Below, in pieces: positions 17,415 through 31,086 of a DNA stretch of 64,000 nucleotides. The position numbers and the translations under genes were made by a program. The notes under the pieces are model-generated. The model had not been told where the DNA came from, made no database searches, and saw nothing but the letters and a program-made list of their open reading frames with translations. Position 1 is the stretch's first letter, and each line of letters begins with the position of its first letter. The DNA is taken from NCBI RefSeq assembly GCF_009914755.1, contig NC_060938.1, one strand, 5' to 3'. The DNA comes from the human T2T-CHM13v2.0 reference genome, Homo sapiens.

Positions 17415-18195
17415 TGTATTACAATTTAACCAATGGCAGAAGTGCGGGTTGGGGAGGATTCCCTGGATGAGTGTGAAATAGAAAATGCTGAGGTGTTGTG
17501 GATGTGTTTTTTTCTTTCTTTTGGACTTCATGTGTATATGTTTTTAGGCAAATCATGCATAATCCAAAGACTTCAGGCCTGAATATGTCCTGTAAGTGTT
17601 ATCATTTTAAAAGTTTTTTTTTAAGTGAAGAAACTAACATTTTAATAAGAATTTTGGGATCTGTGAAAGTCTGTGTCCTTTGAGTGTGTGCACAAATATA
17701 AAATGTGTACAACTGTACTAAATAATTTCACAAATTTAGTTTTGAAGTTTAGTTTCTTGAAGTAATACTAAGTAACTTCTGTAAATAAAACTTCTGGGTT
17801 TTTAGAATACGATTGTATATTTGCTCAACAAGCAGTGAGTGTTTATTATGTACTAGGCACCTTGCTAGCCATTTCAGGCTTTCTTCAGCATCTGTGGTTG
17901 TTCTCTGGCCAACTATCCTTTTCTTTTTAGTCATTTAATATTTGTGCCCTTGAGGGCTCTCTCATTATTCTTTTGTCTGTTTATCCCCTCTTGATATTGT
18001 CCCTGAGTGGTAACACCTGCTCTGTTGACTACATTTACATTCATATACCAATGATATCCATAGCTTTAATAAGTTGACTGCTCCGTGGTTCCCTGTGGAT
18101 GTCATGTAAGTACCAAAAATAACAAGTCTTCGAAGTGTTGCCTACCTCCTCATGGTGTCATCATTCACCAGTTTCAGAGTGTGGGTGATAGCTCT

Positions 18196-18260
18196 GAGAG
18201 AGAGAGAGAGAAAGAGAGACAGACACACACACACACAGACACAGATAGAGACAGAGAGAG
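18196..18260. repeat. Compound (GA)n/(CA)n microsatellite
   Basis: Read directly from the sequence. Confidence 0.85.
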
Positions 18261-18840
18261 AAACCAGAGGACTTTTCTGCTTTTGTTTTTCTTTTAGGAG
18301 GTAATAAAACCGTGAATTTATTTAAATGCTAATGTGTAGGATTTACTTGAGACAGGAAAATTGGATGGGAGAGTAAAGGAGTGTGATGATTTGAGTTTCT
18401 TGAGATGACAGGAGTTAGTGAGATTTAGAACATAGATTGGGCTTTTTTATATAATAAGGAATAATTTCTTTGTATAGGAAAGAATAGGGGTTAATTATAG
18501 AAATAGGTGTGTCTCTTTAATATTTATACTTAGAATTTGGGGTAATACTTGGCTAGTGGCTTTTGGTTGGTTGTTAAGTAGGAAGGTCATTTGAGATTGG
18601 CATGAGAAAGAGAAAATGAGAGAGAAACTTCGGGGGAGTAAAGAGGGTTTAAAATAAGTTATTTTAAAAGTAAGATATTGAAATAATCCCCTTGTCACTT
18701 AAAGGTCTTTAACTGGGCCACTGGATGGGCTTTTAGGGTTTTATAAAACTCTTATACTTTGTATACAGAAGTTTATTTCTGTTTTCTGTTTCTCAGAACA
18801 TTTGCTCATTCATAACTTTTTTTTTTTTTAATAATATAGG

Positions 18841-18974
18841 TTTTTTTTTTTTTTTCTTGTAGAGACGAGGGCTCACTGTGTTGTCCGGGCTAGTTTCAGA
18901 CTTGAGCTCAAGCAATCCTTCCACCTCACCTCCCAGAGTGCTAGGGTTACAGGCGTGAGCCACCATGCCTGGCC
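18841..18974 (-). mobile_element. FLAM / Alu left monomer
   Basis: Single antisense monomer ending ccatgcctggcc. Confidence 0.75.
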
Positions 18975-19062
18975 TCTTATTAATAACTTTTTAAAGGATT
19001 TTTGTTCGAAAAAATCCTTCAGTTAAGTCTCTTAGCCAAAATTAGCTAAGAATAGATCTTTT

Positions 19063-19248
19063 AGAACCACTCTGGCGATATAGTAGCCAGCCGCCATATG
19101 TGACAATTTAAATTTAATTAAAATTAAATAGTTTCTCACTAGTCATATTTTAAGTGCAGAGTAGCTATGTTTTAATAGTGGCTACCATGTCCAGTAGCAC
19201 AGATATAGAACATTCTGTCATCTCAGGAAGTAACATTAGACAGTGCTG
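19063..19248. mobile_element. MER3/MER33-like hAT-Charlie MITE
   Basis: gtagcca...catatgtg...aaatttaattaaaattaaat...gtggctacca...gcacagatatagaacatt...ttagacagtgctg. Confidence 0.65.
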
Positions 19249-19448
19249 CTTTAGAAGGTTTGTGTACTATTTACTGTTGTTATACTTTATCCAATAAAGT
19301 CAGTTGCTAAATTGTATGTATAGGAAGTAAAACCAAAGAATCATTTACTTTACAAAATAATTTCTATATATGTTATAGATTATTGTAATTTTTTTTTTAT
19401 TTTTCTATTTTTAAATTTTGAGACAATTTTTAATTTTTTTTTTTTTAG

Positions 19449-19549
19449 CAGAAACAGTCCTGCTCCAGCTGTAACAGCAGCATCTGTGACCAACATACAG
19501 GCTACTGAAGTTTCTGTGCCACAAGTAAATTCCAGTGAAAGCTCAGGGG
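19449..19549 (+). CDS. PAPOLA: PAPOLA coding exon 18: RNSPAPAVTAASVTNIQATEVSVPQVNSSESSG(G)
   Basis: Poly-T tract then a tagcag (NAGNAG) acceptor; donor gtaagg; 101 nt. Confidence 0.95.
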
Positions 19550-19776
19550 GTAAGGAGATTGGGTTTGTCAGGTTTGAGAATTCTTACATTATATTTGGTT
19601 TAGCCTTCATTTTGAAAAGTGGGTTTGTTAAGTAGTTGAAATTCAGTTTTTTAAATGCCAGTTTATTTTTTGCATGTAAAGTTATTCATGAAATCAAATT
19701 CAGAGAAACAAAAACTTACAACTTGATACTGATTTGGTTATTTTAATTTGTATATACTCATATATTTGCTGCTTAG

Positions 19777-20015
19777 GTACATCGAGTGAAAGCATTCCTC
19801 AAACTGCCACACAACCAGCCATTTCTCCACCACCAAAGCCTACGGTCTCCAGAGTTGTTTCTTCAACACGTCTGGTAAACCCACCACCTAGATCTTCAGG
19901 AAATGCAGCAACTTCAGGAAATGCAGCAACAAAAATACCTACTCCTATAGTAGGAGTCAAGAGGACATCCTCACCTCATAAAGAAGAGAGTCCCAAGAAA
20001 ACCAAAACAGAAGAG
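19777..20015 (+). CDS. PAPOLA: PAPOLA coding exon 19: TSSESIPQ...SGNAATSGNAATK...KRTSSPHKEESPKKTKTEE, with NLS2 and CDK-type SP sites
   Basis: Acceptor gcttag and donor gtatat; 239 nt; coincides with ORF 19734..20027. Confidence 0.97.
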
Positions 20016-20569
20016 GTATATATATGAAAAACATATTAGTTAGCCATGGCAACACCAACTGCCTATTTTTAAATCCAGTGGAAGAAAAGTTTATGAACCA
20101 AAATAGAGAAGGATCAAGGAACAAAGCTTTTAGAAAATTTTAGGTGTGTCTGTAGTGCTTTAGTGCTGTAGTTTCTCTTCACCTTTCCCATTCTTCTCAG
20201 TAACTACCTCTGCTATAAAGCTATGCCCTCTCATTTAAACTTCTTTAGTGTGTGTAGTTAGCAGGTATTGTCTACAACAGAATTTAACATGAAATTACAT
20301 GTATTCTTAACTTATTATTCTCTAATGACTACCTTTTATTTGTACTGATTTTTTGATGGTCCTTTGGACAGTTTTTTGCTTCTGTGATCCAAAAGGAGTT
20401 TTGGAGTTTCTCTACTGTACTTGGTGTTATAGGACCATCAAATACCAGAGGTTCTCAGGGACTTCTTACTGAATGATAAGTGCATGCAGCCAGATTAGTT
20501 TTTGAACCTTAAATGGTTAGCTCTCTAACCCTTAAAGAAACTTTCTAGCATCATTTGCATTTTTGTTTT

Positions 20570-21037
<468 letters not shown>

Positions 21038-21450
21038 TGAGTCTTAAAATAGAGGTAGTCTTGTTACACAATTTTATTTCTCCCTCGAGTCACTTTCATG
21101 TTGTTTTCCAATCAGTGAGGCATTTGCAATTGCCCCAGAGATGACAGTCTAAAAGCACCAATTTCATTGTGTTTTTTTTTTTTGCTAAGAATGTATTTAG
21201 TAATTTACTTACTACAACACAATTTCTTTAGAGTGGAAAAAAAACCCCTCTAGATTTCTCATGGATTCTATTATGTTTTGATTAAGAATGGTGAAAAATT
21301 ATTTTATTATTTTATTATTTAGCTTATTCTCTGAAGACTTTTTCTTTCTTTTTTTTTTTTTTGGAAATAGCTGCTATTAACTAAAAGTAATCTGATGAAT
21401 TTTGTCACTCTTAAGATGGTAAATGAGAATGAAAAACGGGTATTGTATAG

Positions 21451-21638
21451 TACTTTAAATCCCCCAGATTACTTACGATGCCTAATACAATGTAAATGCT
21501 GTTTAAATTGTTGTTATGATGTATTTTTTAATTTGTGTCATTTTTATTGTTGTATTATTTTTTATTTTTCTAAGTATTTTTGATCCATGGTTGGTTGAAT
21601 TCGCAGATATGGATTCCACAGATATGGAGGGCCCACTG
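21451..21638 (+). mobile_element. MER2 (Tigger) 3' half
   Basis: tactttaaatc...cctaatacaatgtaaatgct...ggttggttgaat...gatatggagggcccactgta. Confidence 0.75.
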
Positions 21639-23149
21639 TAAATAATCATAACTTAGAAGATGTGTTCTGAAAACTCATCTGTGTCTGTGTAATTATCTCT
21701 TAGGGCAGTGATTTTCATCATTGGTTGTACAACAGAATTAGTTTTTGGGGTTTTTTTGTTGTTGTTGTTTTTCAATAAAGATTTTAGGGCTTTCTCCAAA
21801 CTGAATCAGAGATCTTCTAGAAGTTAGGCCTGGAGATCCTATTAAGAGCCCTGCTGCCACATGATTGGGTTGTGCAGCAGCTAAAGAATATACTCAATTT
21901 TTGTGTCAATTACACATTCAGACTACTGATACTGGTTTGAAGTTGTCACGGCATTTCAGAACTCAAATTTCTTTTGACATTAGTAAAGTGTATTTAAGCA
22001 TAATTCTATGCATTTAACATTTGGTTTTCTTTATGTTAAAAATGGCACCCTAAGAGCTCTAAATAAGTTTGTACTAGTGCAGTATTTTGCAATTTTGTTT
22101 GCACTTACCTTGGTAGAATAACACTTGTGTTTCTTGTCTGGTTTAGAAAAGCAATAAGAATATAGAATTTTTAAACTTAAGTATGGAAAATTAAAAATAC
22201 ATATAAAAGAGTCATTTTATGTACCTGTGTACCCATCACACAGCTTCTGTTATAATTAACTCTCAGCCAATCTTTGTAATCTTAATTCTTTCAGCCTTTT
22301 TCATTTTCTCTTGCCATTGAATTACTTAAAAGCAAAATCCAAACATGTTTCATTAGAATCTTAAAAATCATATCTAAGAATGAAAGCATTAACAGTAAAA
22401 TTAGCCTACTCACAAAAATTAACAATTTATTAATATCATCAAACATCTAGTCAGTGCTCAAATGGCCCCTGATTGTTTCATTGATTTTTTAAAAAATAGG
22501 CTGTTTGTTTAAATCTGGAAGCAGAAAAAGATCCCTGTGTTGCAATTGTTTGATATCTCTAAGTGTCCTTTAAAATATAGATTCCCTCCTCCATCCCTCC
22601 CCCACTTTTCCCTGTAATTTTTTTTTTTTTTTTGGTGTATGTTTTCTCAGTCTGGATTTTGCTTACAGTATTTCTACGGAGTTGATTAATAGAACTATAG
22701 CATTTTAAGAAGATAAGGGGTATTAGGTTATTCCATGGGCTAATCTCATTTCCTACCAGAAGAACTTGCTGTTTAGTGGCTTTTCCAGTTACGGATCTAG
22801 TTACAGTTAGAGGCAGGATTAGAACCCAGGCCTAAATCTCATGGTGCTTTAGTCAAAAGAAATTTGCTGTGGTAGAAGTAATCCTGATTTTGAAGCCCTT
22901 CTTAATTGGGTCTTTTATTCTCTGCTAATGAGTACTTGGTATTAGAAATTTTAGCAAAGCAGAAAGAAATACTGGCCTCACTCAGTAATGCACTAACGTG
23001 TATATAGATAGGAAAGTTTTAGATACTCTGAGGTAGTTTAGTTCTGCTTAATGGTCATCATATCCTAAGGTTTTTCAAATAAATATAAATGGTAATGTAA
23101 AATAAAAATCGAAAATGTTTGCTCTATTTCCTGGATTATAGCTAAATTA

Positions 23150-23151
<2 letters not shown>

Positions 23152-23198
<47 letters not shown>

Positions 23199-23248
23199 CA
23201 CACACACATATATATATGTATATATATATATGTGTATATATGTATATA
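23152..23248. repeat. Compound (CT)n(TA)n(CA)n microsatellite
   Basis: Read directly from the sequence. Confidence 0.9.
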
Positions 23249-24249
23249 TTTAAAACTTTCTGTATGGAAAATTTCAAACATGTCATAAGTATAATGAACT
23301 GTCATGTTTGCATCACCTAGCTTCAACAGTTAACAACTCACAGCCAGCCTTGTTTTATCTACATACCCACATCACTTCCTTCCCCATTGTTTTGAAGCAA
23401 ACCCCAGGCATAACAACCAAAAACATTTCTTTGTATATCTAAAAATAAGGACTTCTATAAAATATAAGTACCGTATATTTGTCACACAAATATTAATAAT
23501 CCATAGTTTTACATATCAGTCAGTATTCAGATTTGGCCAATTGTGACACATTACTATTTTTAAAGTTTGCATATTTGCAGGGTACAAATAAAGTCCTTAT
23601 TGGAATTGATCGATACTGTATTAAATCTCTTCTAAGCTATAAGCCTGTGGTTTTTCTATGCCTGTTTTAAAAGTCACATTTAAAATTAAATTTTAATTCT
23701 GCTGAGAAAATAGTGTCAAAATAGTTATTAAGACCCAAGCAAGGCATTTCTCAAGTCTTGTATTCTGTAGGATGTTAGTAGGTCGTACCAAGAGCAAGGA
23801 TTCTCTGGTTAAGCTTGGGAAAATTAAAGTGGAGTTCTTTCTTGATAGAATTTATTAGAACCTTTTATGTGCCACTCTGTGTGAATCTCCCAGAATGGGG
23901 GTGATACTATGCCAAGTTCCTAAAGTTGTATGATCAGGAACTCTTTTTTTTTTTTCTTTTCCTTACAAAATATATTTCTATGAACTCTTAGTGGTTTTGG
24001 AAATGTACTTTAGGTGGTGATCTGCAGTAACAGTTTTCCTAATGCTCTTTTTAATTTTATTAGCTACTGAAGCCAAATTTAATCTGATAAAAACATTTTA
24101 AAAGAGGGACCAGTTATCTATTTTAAGGCTGTAGTTGATCTTACAGGTTTAATTATTTTATAGTTTTAAAGTTTATAAAGTAAAGCATTGATTGGCAAAT
24201 AATCTAAATTTTTCATTTTAGAGAATAAAGCTTTTTTTTTTAAAAACAG

Positions 24250-24312
24250 GATGAAACAAGTGAAGATGCTAACTGTCTTGCTTTGAGTGGACATGATAAA
24301 ACAGAAGCAAAG
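24250..24312 (+). CDS. PAPOLA: PAPOLA coding exon 20: DETSEDANCLALSGHDKTEAK (63-nt symmetric cassette)
   Basis: Acceptor (t)n-aaaaacag and donor gtatac; phase 0/0. Confidence 0.95.
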
Positions 24313-25412
24313 GTATACTAATTTAGCCTTTAGAATACATACACAATTAAGAGTACAGAAGATGTAATAGAAATGTCTCTAAAATATTGTATTTTTGTGC
24401 TATAGGTTTTAGATTTTTTTAGTATTGTTTATTACTGTTAATTATGTAATGCTGAACACTGAAGGGAATATTGTGATGAGTGAAACACATTCTGTGCCTT
24501 TAAAGGAGCTTATAATTAAGTAGACAAGATAAGTCATGAATGTAATTAATTACATTATCAAAGAAAAAGTAATTGAGGGCTGGGGGCCACGGGGCAAGAA
24601 AAGTAAGATGTTATTTCTGACTGCAGAAATAGCAGTACATGTCTTCATTGAAGAAAGAAGTAGCATTTGAAGTGGTCCTCAAAGGATACATAGGATTTTT
24701 GATAGTCCGGGCTGAGATCATGATCTGTCTCTTTGGGTTGAGAATTTGTTATGATTATAGAAGCAGTTTTTGGCGTAAGGTTTTGGCTAGAACCTGGGGT
24801 ACATGGGGCTTGAATGAGGTGTAGATGGGGTGGAAGAAATTTTTTTTTCCCCAAAATGTAAAAGACTCATTTTTTTTCCCTAGAAATTGAAATCTATTGA
24901 AGGCTTTTAACTTTCTTTCCTTGTGGAAAAATTGGAAATTCTCCCCCTTCTCCCAAATTATCCAGATTTCTATGATGGATATTTTAACAAAACTCTCTTA
25001 GGTTTTGTGTGTGCCCTCATAATGCCCTTGCTTTATAATTTTGATTCACTTTGTAAACCAAGAAAAAAGTATGTGTATCATTATGTAATCTACAAAATTA
25101 TTAATGGCTTCATAGAATGCTGTCTTAAGGCTATGATTATTTTTATCCAACCAATTTCCTATCCATAGCAATTATTTCCATTTAAAAAAGAAAGTTGTGC
25201 TTTCCTGCTGTAATATTGGTTACAGCTAAATACCATATCTGCCATTCATTCATGTTTATTTACTTAGCATAAATTAATGGAAGAAGAATTATTGAGGAAA
25301 ATAGTATGCTTTATCTTAAAGTTTGGTATACATCACCAAGTTGTCCTCCAGGAAGGCTGCATGTCTTCCATTCCTACTTCTTACATCTTATTTACCTTTT
25401 TTAATTTCATAG

Positions 25413-25792
<380 letters not shown>

Positions 25793-26419
25793 TATATTTT
25801 TATTTTCATTTATTTGTGTAGATATTATTTTCTTTTGTGTACTGCTTTTAAAAAGTTTAGAGTGATGGCATGACATACTTTACCCTGTGTTTTCTGATGA
25901 GTAGAATCAGTGCACTGATTACTAGAGAGGGGTGAAGAGACCATAAGGAGGGAGAAATCTTTTTTAGACATATTTTCTACTTTTAATTAAAGGTGTGAGG
26001 TTATTTTATTTAGTAGTATTGAATAAGTTTTTTTTTTTTTTTTTCCTCCCACAAAGCTAAGAACTGTCCTTGGGTTTATGCTCTGTTATTGTCTGGGCAA
26101 CATTTCATGATGTGCCTATGTGTGTTTTTAATTATTGTTTGCTTAAAATGTCCCAAGTTGGAGCTGGTTGGAAAGTCATGAGCTAGTTTGACCCATGCCT
26201 TATAAGATTTAAGTAGGCAAATAGAAATTTATTAATATCTGAAATGGTGAAATAACCTACAACATCTACTGACTAGATGTTTTTGTAATGTAGTCACATC
26301 TTTCTCTTGATCCCTCCTGTCTTCCAGTTTGTCTTCTTTATTAGCCACCAAACCCAGTTATGTTCTTTTATTCTTTTTTAAGTCTCTTTTCCCCCTTCCC
26401 CATCCTCTTTGTCTCACAG

Positions 26420-26494
26420 GAACAACTTGATACAGAGACAAGTACAACTCAATCAGAAACTATTCAGACAGCGGCTTCTCTGTTGGCCTCTCAG
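26420..26494 (+). CDS. PAPOLA: PAPOLA coding exon 21: EQLDTETSTTQSETIQTAASLLASQ (75-nt symmetric cassette)
   Basis: Long pyrimidine tract then cacag acceptor; donor gtacta; lies inside ORF 26360..26557. Confidence 0.96.
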
Positions 26495-27689
26495 GTACTA
26501 AGTGCAAAAAGCAAGGAGAATTTTGTAAATGTCCTTAAGATTAGTGTGGTATATTGAATTAAAGTGAGAGTTCATAGAAGACTATTAAAATTAATCTTTC
26601 TGAAAGTAATTACTTGCTAGCCTATAAACGTATTTATTGTAGTTTTAAGGCAGGGCCCTGGATTTGACGGAACCGTTCTCTGGGACTGTTTCGATGTTAA
26701 CCCATCCCCTTATATTAATATATTATTTGATACTGCAAATCATTTAAATTCTCACTAGTCATTTACACAGGGTTCATATGTAGGTTTTATTTGTAGGTCA
26801 AAAGTGAAATTAAAACTAGGAATGAACTAAAAAACATTCTTCGTGGATTTCTTTTGCAAAGGCTAATATATTTTTATTTTAAAAATGTATTTCTGCCTTA
26901 TTTTTCCACTACTGATTTCAGTTAGTTATTTAATATAGCCCATAGCTCTTCAGAATTATGTTTTCATTTGTCCTAGCAATTCTACTTGTGACAGACCCTC
27001 ACATACAGAATACAGTAGGCATCTGGAATCTTTTTTCATTGATTTGTGAACCTTCATTTTGTTGAATAATTTTTTTCTTGAATCCTTTCACATGAATGAA
27101 CCCTAACATCTAGCTCAAATTCTGACACAAAGTAGATATATTCTTTAATAGATGATAAAACTGGTTAATGTCTACAAAGTAACTGAGATAACAACTGCTG
27201 CTGTACTGATATGATACTATGTACTATGATGATATTTTGCTGCTCCTGTGCAGCTCCGAGTTATTTTAACGTGATCATTTAAACATGTGCTTTTGCTAGA
27301 TGTTAACTTTTATTGACTCTAAAGATATATAAATATTATGTTTAGTTTCTGAAATACCTTTTCCATAATCTAATAAAACTTTAGGGGGAGTAACTAACAT
27401 CAGGAAGTATGCTTAATATTGATACGTGGACAAACTTGTTTATCAGTCTTAAACTGTCCTGTGATTGTGATTGCATGTTTTTTGGTTTGCCACATACTCT
27501 CGGGACTTATTTTCATAGTTTTGTCTTACTGAATTTATCCCTATAGTAATTAGTACCCATGGGTATTTGCCTTTTAGATATTTTTATGAGTGAGTAGAAT
27601 TTTCTTTCTAATGAAAGGATTCATAGAGCCATAGAGAGAAAAATCACCCAGTTATGTAAGAAGAATGATTATGTTGATTTAAAAAAAAA

Positions 27690-27980
27690 TTCATTCCTAT
27701 CTTTGGTAATGTTAGGGGCGTACTTATTTCTGGGGAGGTGATAATATTGTGGCTATACCTAATAAAGAGTTCTTATTGTTTTGAGATAAATCTGGAAATA
27801 TTTATAGATGAAATGATAAGATCTCTAGGATTTGCTTCAGAATAACACAAGGTGAATTGAAAGTGGGAGGACAGTGGCTTTGATTTGATAATTGATGAAG
27901 CTGGGTAATGAATACATGGGGATGCATTATACAGTGCTCTCTACTTTGTGTATGTTTGGAATTTTCCATAATAAAACTTT
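27690..27980 (+). mobile_element. Old L1M (L1MC/MD-type) 3' end
   Basis: gaaatatttatagatgaaatgat...gggtaatgaatacatgggg...tggaattttccataataaaa is typical of ancient L1 3' ends. Confidence 0.65.
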
Positions 27981-28555
27981 TAAAGATCCATCTCTGTATT
28001 TTTTTAGTGTTAAAGAACGCTTGTGATTTAATCTAATTAATATGAAAATAATCTACCTAAAATTTAGGATGATTAAATTATTGCTTAGCTGTATATATTT
28101 GTTTAATTTACAGTGTCAGAAAATAATAAATTTACTGCTGCTTCTGTATATAAAATGAGCTTTGAGTATTCTCCCACTTGGGGGTGCTCCAATACTAGTT
28201 AATATTACAGCTATTAGTGTTGTAATAAGTGAATACAGTTTAGCAGTAACTTAAGCATTATATGATAGGTGATTCTTAGAGGAACAATTTTAAAAACTAT
28301 TTGAAATTACTTAGGAGTTTTTAAAATATTATTAAAATATACCTATTTGAAAATTCCTTTGTTGAACACATTATTTGTTGAACAAATAATGTGATAGGCA
28401 TATTTACATTCCATTTTGACAACATTATAGAGTTTTTAAATTTGTAATACTTTTCTTCTTAGAAGGTTTCTTAGGAAGTAAAGCAATGGAAAATACATCT
28501 CATTGTTAAATTATGGTGCTTTGAACAATGTTGTGTTCTTTGCTTTCATTCTCAG

Positions 28556-28651
28556 AAAACATCCAGTACAGACCTTTCTGATATCCCTGCTCTCCCTGCA
28601 AATCCTATTCCTGTTATCAAGAATTCAATAAAACTGAGATTGAATCGGTAA
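28556..28651 (+). CDS. PAPOLA: PAPOLA terminal coding exon 22: KTSSTDLSDIPALPANPIPVIKNSIKLRLNR-stop
   Basis: Acceptor ttctcag; TAA at 28649-28651. This is the conserved C-terminal peptide of vertebrate PAP that is the known target of U1A/U1-70K inhibition. Confidence 0.97.
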   Translation, partial: KTSSTDLSDIPALPANPIPVIKNSIKLRLNR

Positions 28652-30715
28652 AAACAACCTCAGGGGTCCATAAACAATATCTGCCAACTCAACCTGTTGT
28701 CTTCAAATGCTAAAAAAGGAGAATGGAGGGTACAAGACTAGACATGACTGAAATGGATTTGGGTTTTTTGGTGACCTCCCTTACTGGGCTAATCAGCACT
28801 TGATCGGAAGTCCAGGTTAGTATGTGAAGCCAGGAGTACTATTATTATTGTGTTAGCAACAGTTGCATTAACTATTTCAAAAATTACTGCCTTTAAAAAA
28901 AACAACCTCAAGCTATATTTGTATTCATAATTGACATCTGGATTGGGTTTATGTTTGATGCATTGTTTGGAAAATTTGCAATACAAACTGGCATAAGAAT
29001 TACTTATTCTGATGATGCACTTTTATGTATTTTTCATTAGAAAGTAGAACTAATTTTAGATTTTCAGCTTGATGGATTTTCAGTTTTTCCTGAAGAATTT
29101 TCTTTACCATTAGTCTTCAAATTGGATACTGTTGTGCAGTGGTGTACTGTTATACTTCAGAGAAAGGGTAAGAGTACATCTAGTTCAGTTCCTATGAGGT
29201 AGCTGTAACCCTTAAAAATGAAACGTCAACTCTAGGGTACATTTGACATTGAAAGAATAGTTAGGAAATAACTTGGTTTTGATAGGGTCATGATTAAGAA
29301 ATGATATATTGGTTTTATTTATGGAATTGTTTTATAGTGCATACAAATCAGCGATCAGCCAGCAAATATTTTTCTTTGAGCTTGTGAAAGCTCTGTGTTC
29401 TTTTGCCTTCAATCTGTTGTCTTCAAAACAAACAAACAAAAAAAGCTTCTTGCGCCTTTCCCTCCCCTGTTTTCTTCCTTTTTCTTTTTGCTTGTATGCA
29501 CAAGGTAGGACTTACTTCGTAAGAAACAAAATGCCAGTATTTTCTTAAGCCATGATGTGAAACCAATGACCCTGTGACCACATGGCACAGAACACTAAAT
29601 TTTGGTCCCATGGCTGAAACTTGAGGGTGACTAAAAGTAATGCCTGTGAAACATGATATCTATCTGGGATGGCCATTTGATCTCTAAAAGGAATTTTGTA
29701 CACTCCACAGAACTCCTATCTATAGTAAAATTGATTTTCAGTTTTAAATGTGGGCAAAAAGGCATTTTCTCCAAGATTTTAAAACTAATTCTTATTTTTA
29801 AATGGTTTACCAAAATTTGTCAGTACATTTTACGTGTAGAAGCATTTTAAAAATCATTTCTAGCAAGCACTTGACATCTAGTCAGCTCTCTACTCCTTTA
29901 TTTTGTTTTATCAAAAGATTAAGAGCTCCTTTCTTTGAATAAAATAATTTCTCATAATTAAGCAGTAGAAGATCTATCTTCACAAAGTATGAGGGATGCC
30001 AGATGTTGATAAACTTACTCTTTCTGAATCTGGACAAAGTCGACTTAACAGATTTTTCTGATGAGCATGTTTTATGAATCCTCCATTGTGCTCCATTCTA
30101 TCACATGTGCATTTTTCATGTTAAACTGCAATTACTTAATCTCTTCCCCTATCCTTCTAAATTAATTTTCTGAAGTTGGAGTGTAGTCTTTTCCCCCTTA
30201 GGCTATGCATTAATCGAAGCTTTCTTTTCACCATGACTTTATAATGTCTAGTAAACAATATTTCTACTTCCCACATCTTTGCTTTACACAGTCACCTTGC
30301 CCTTCCTTCCACCACCGAAGAAAAAAGATGGTCATACTAACAGGTGAAATGTACAAGGTGTCTGTGTGTTTTGTGTAGCTTCAGAGTTAGATTGAAATTA
30401 CCAGGCACAGATTTAGTCTTGTCATTTTGTTTACACATTGGGGAAAACAATTCAGTTTATTAAACGTTTCATGTAACTGCACCCAAGTTTTGCCAAGCTG
30501 GAAACTTGGACCTTTTCTGTGTAGTGACTTTTTAATTATAGTTTTCATAACCTGGAGATCAGACTGTTGCTTTCGCATGATGTATGTAGTGTCTCATGAC
30601 TGGAGTTTGCTTTGTTTTATAGTATCTGTACTCCTTGTATTTTTCAAGAGCTATTTTGTAAACAGATGATGTATTTCTCCATTGAAAACACAATAAAAAA
30701 AAAACAGCACAATCT
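28652..30715 (+). other. PAPOLA: PAPOLA 3' UTR (~2.06 kb, no interspersed repeats seen)
   Basis: Follows the stop codon; AU-rich; ends shortly after AATAAA at 30692. The exact cleavage position is estimated. Confidence 0.85.
29938..29943 (+). terminator. PAPOLA: Candidate proximal 3' UTR poly(A) signal (AATAAA)
   Basis: Canonical hexamer in the UTR; the downstream element is not obvious. Confidence 0.45.
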
Positions 30716-30760
30716 CACAGTTGCCTGATTTCTTTTGACTACTACTTTTTTCCAGTAATC
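30581..30760 (+). terminator. PAPOLA: Distal poly(A) site: six UGUA (CFIm) elements, AATAAA at 30692-30697 and a U-rich downstream element
   Basis: TGTA at 30581, 30585, 30627, 30636, 30657 and 30670; U-rich run from about 30729 to 30752. Confidence 0.88.
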
Positions 30761-31067
30761 ATAAGTTTATAGTATGATTCTAAGTGAGGATTTGCAAAAG
30801 AATTTGGTTACATTAGAAAAGATTTGTTTCTGGTTAACTTCAGCCATTGGCAGCAGCCTTGTATTTATAGCTCAGATAATAATTAGGTGTTTGTTTTTCA
30901 TATAATTGATCTTTAGGGAGGAAAACATTAATATAGTTACTATTAATTCAATTTTAGCTCTTCCGTCCTCTAAAGTGTTCTGTGTCTGTAGACACCATAC
31001 GTTATCTGTATATTTATTCTATGCCTGTGGACAGTGTACTGTCCTTTTCAAAGCATTTAGCACTTTA

Positions 31068-31086
31068 ATGTCAGCAGGTGGCACTG
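31068..31086 (+). promoter_or_regulatory. Candidate CTCF core motif
   Basis: atgtcagcaggtggcactg fits YCASYAGRKGGCRC. This is a motif match only; no binding data. Confidence 0.45.
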
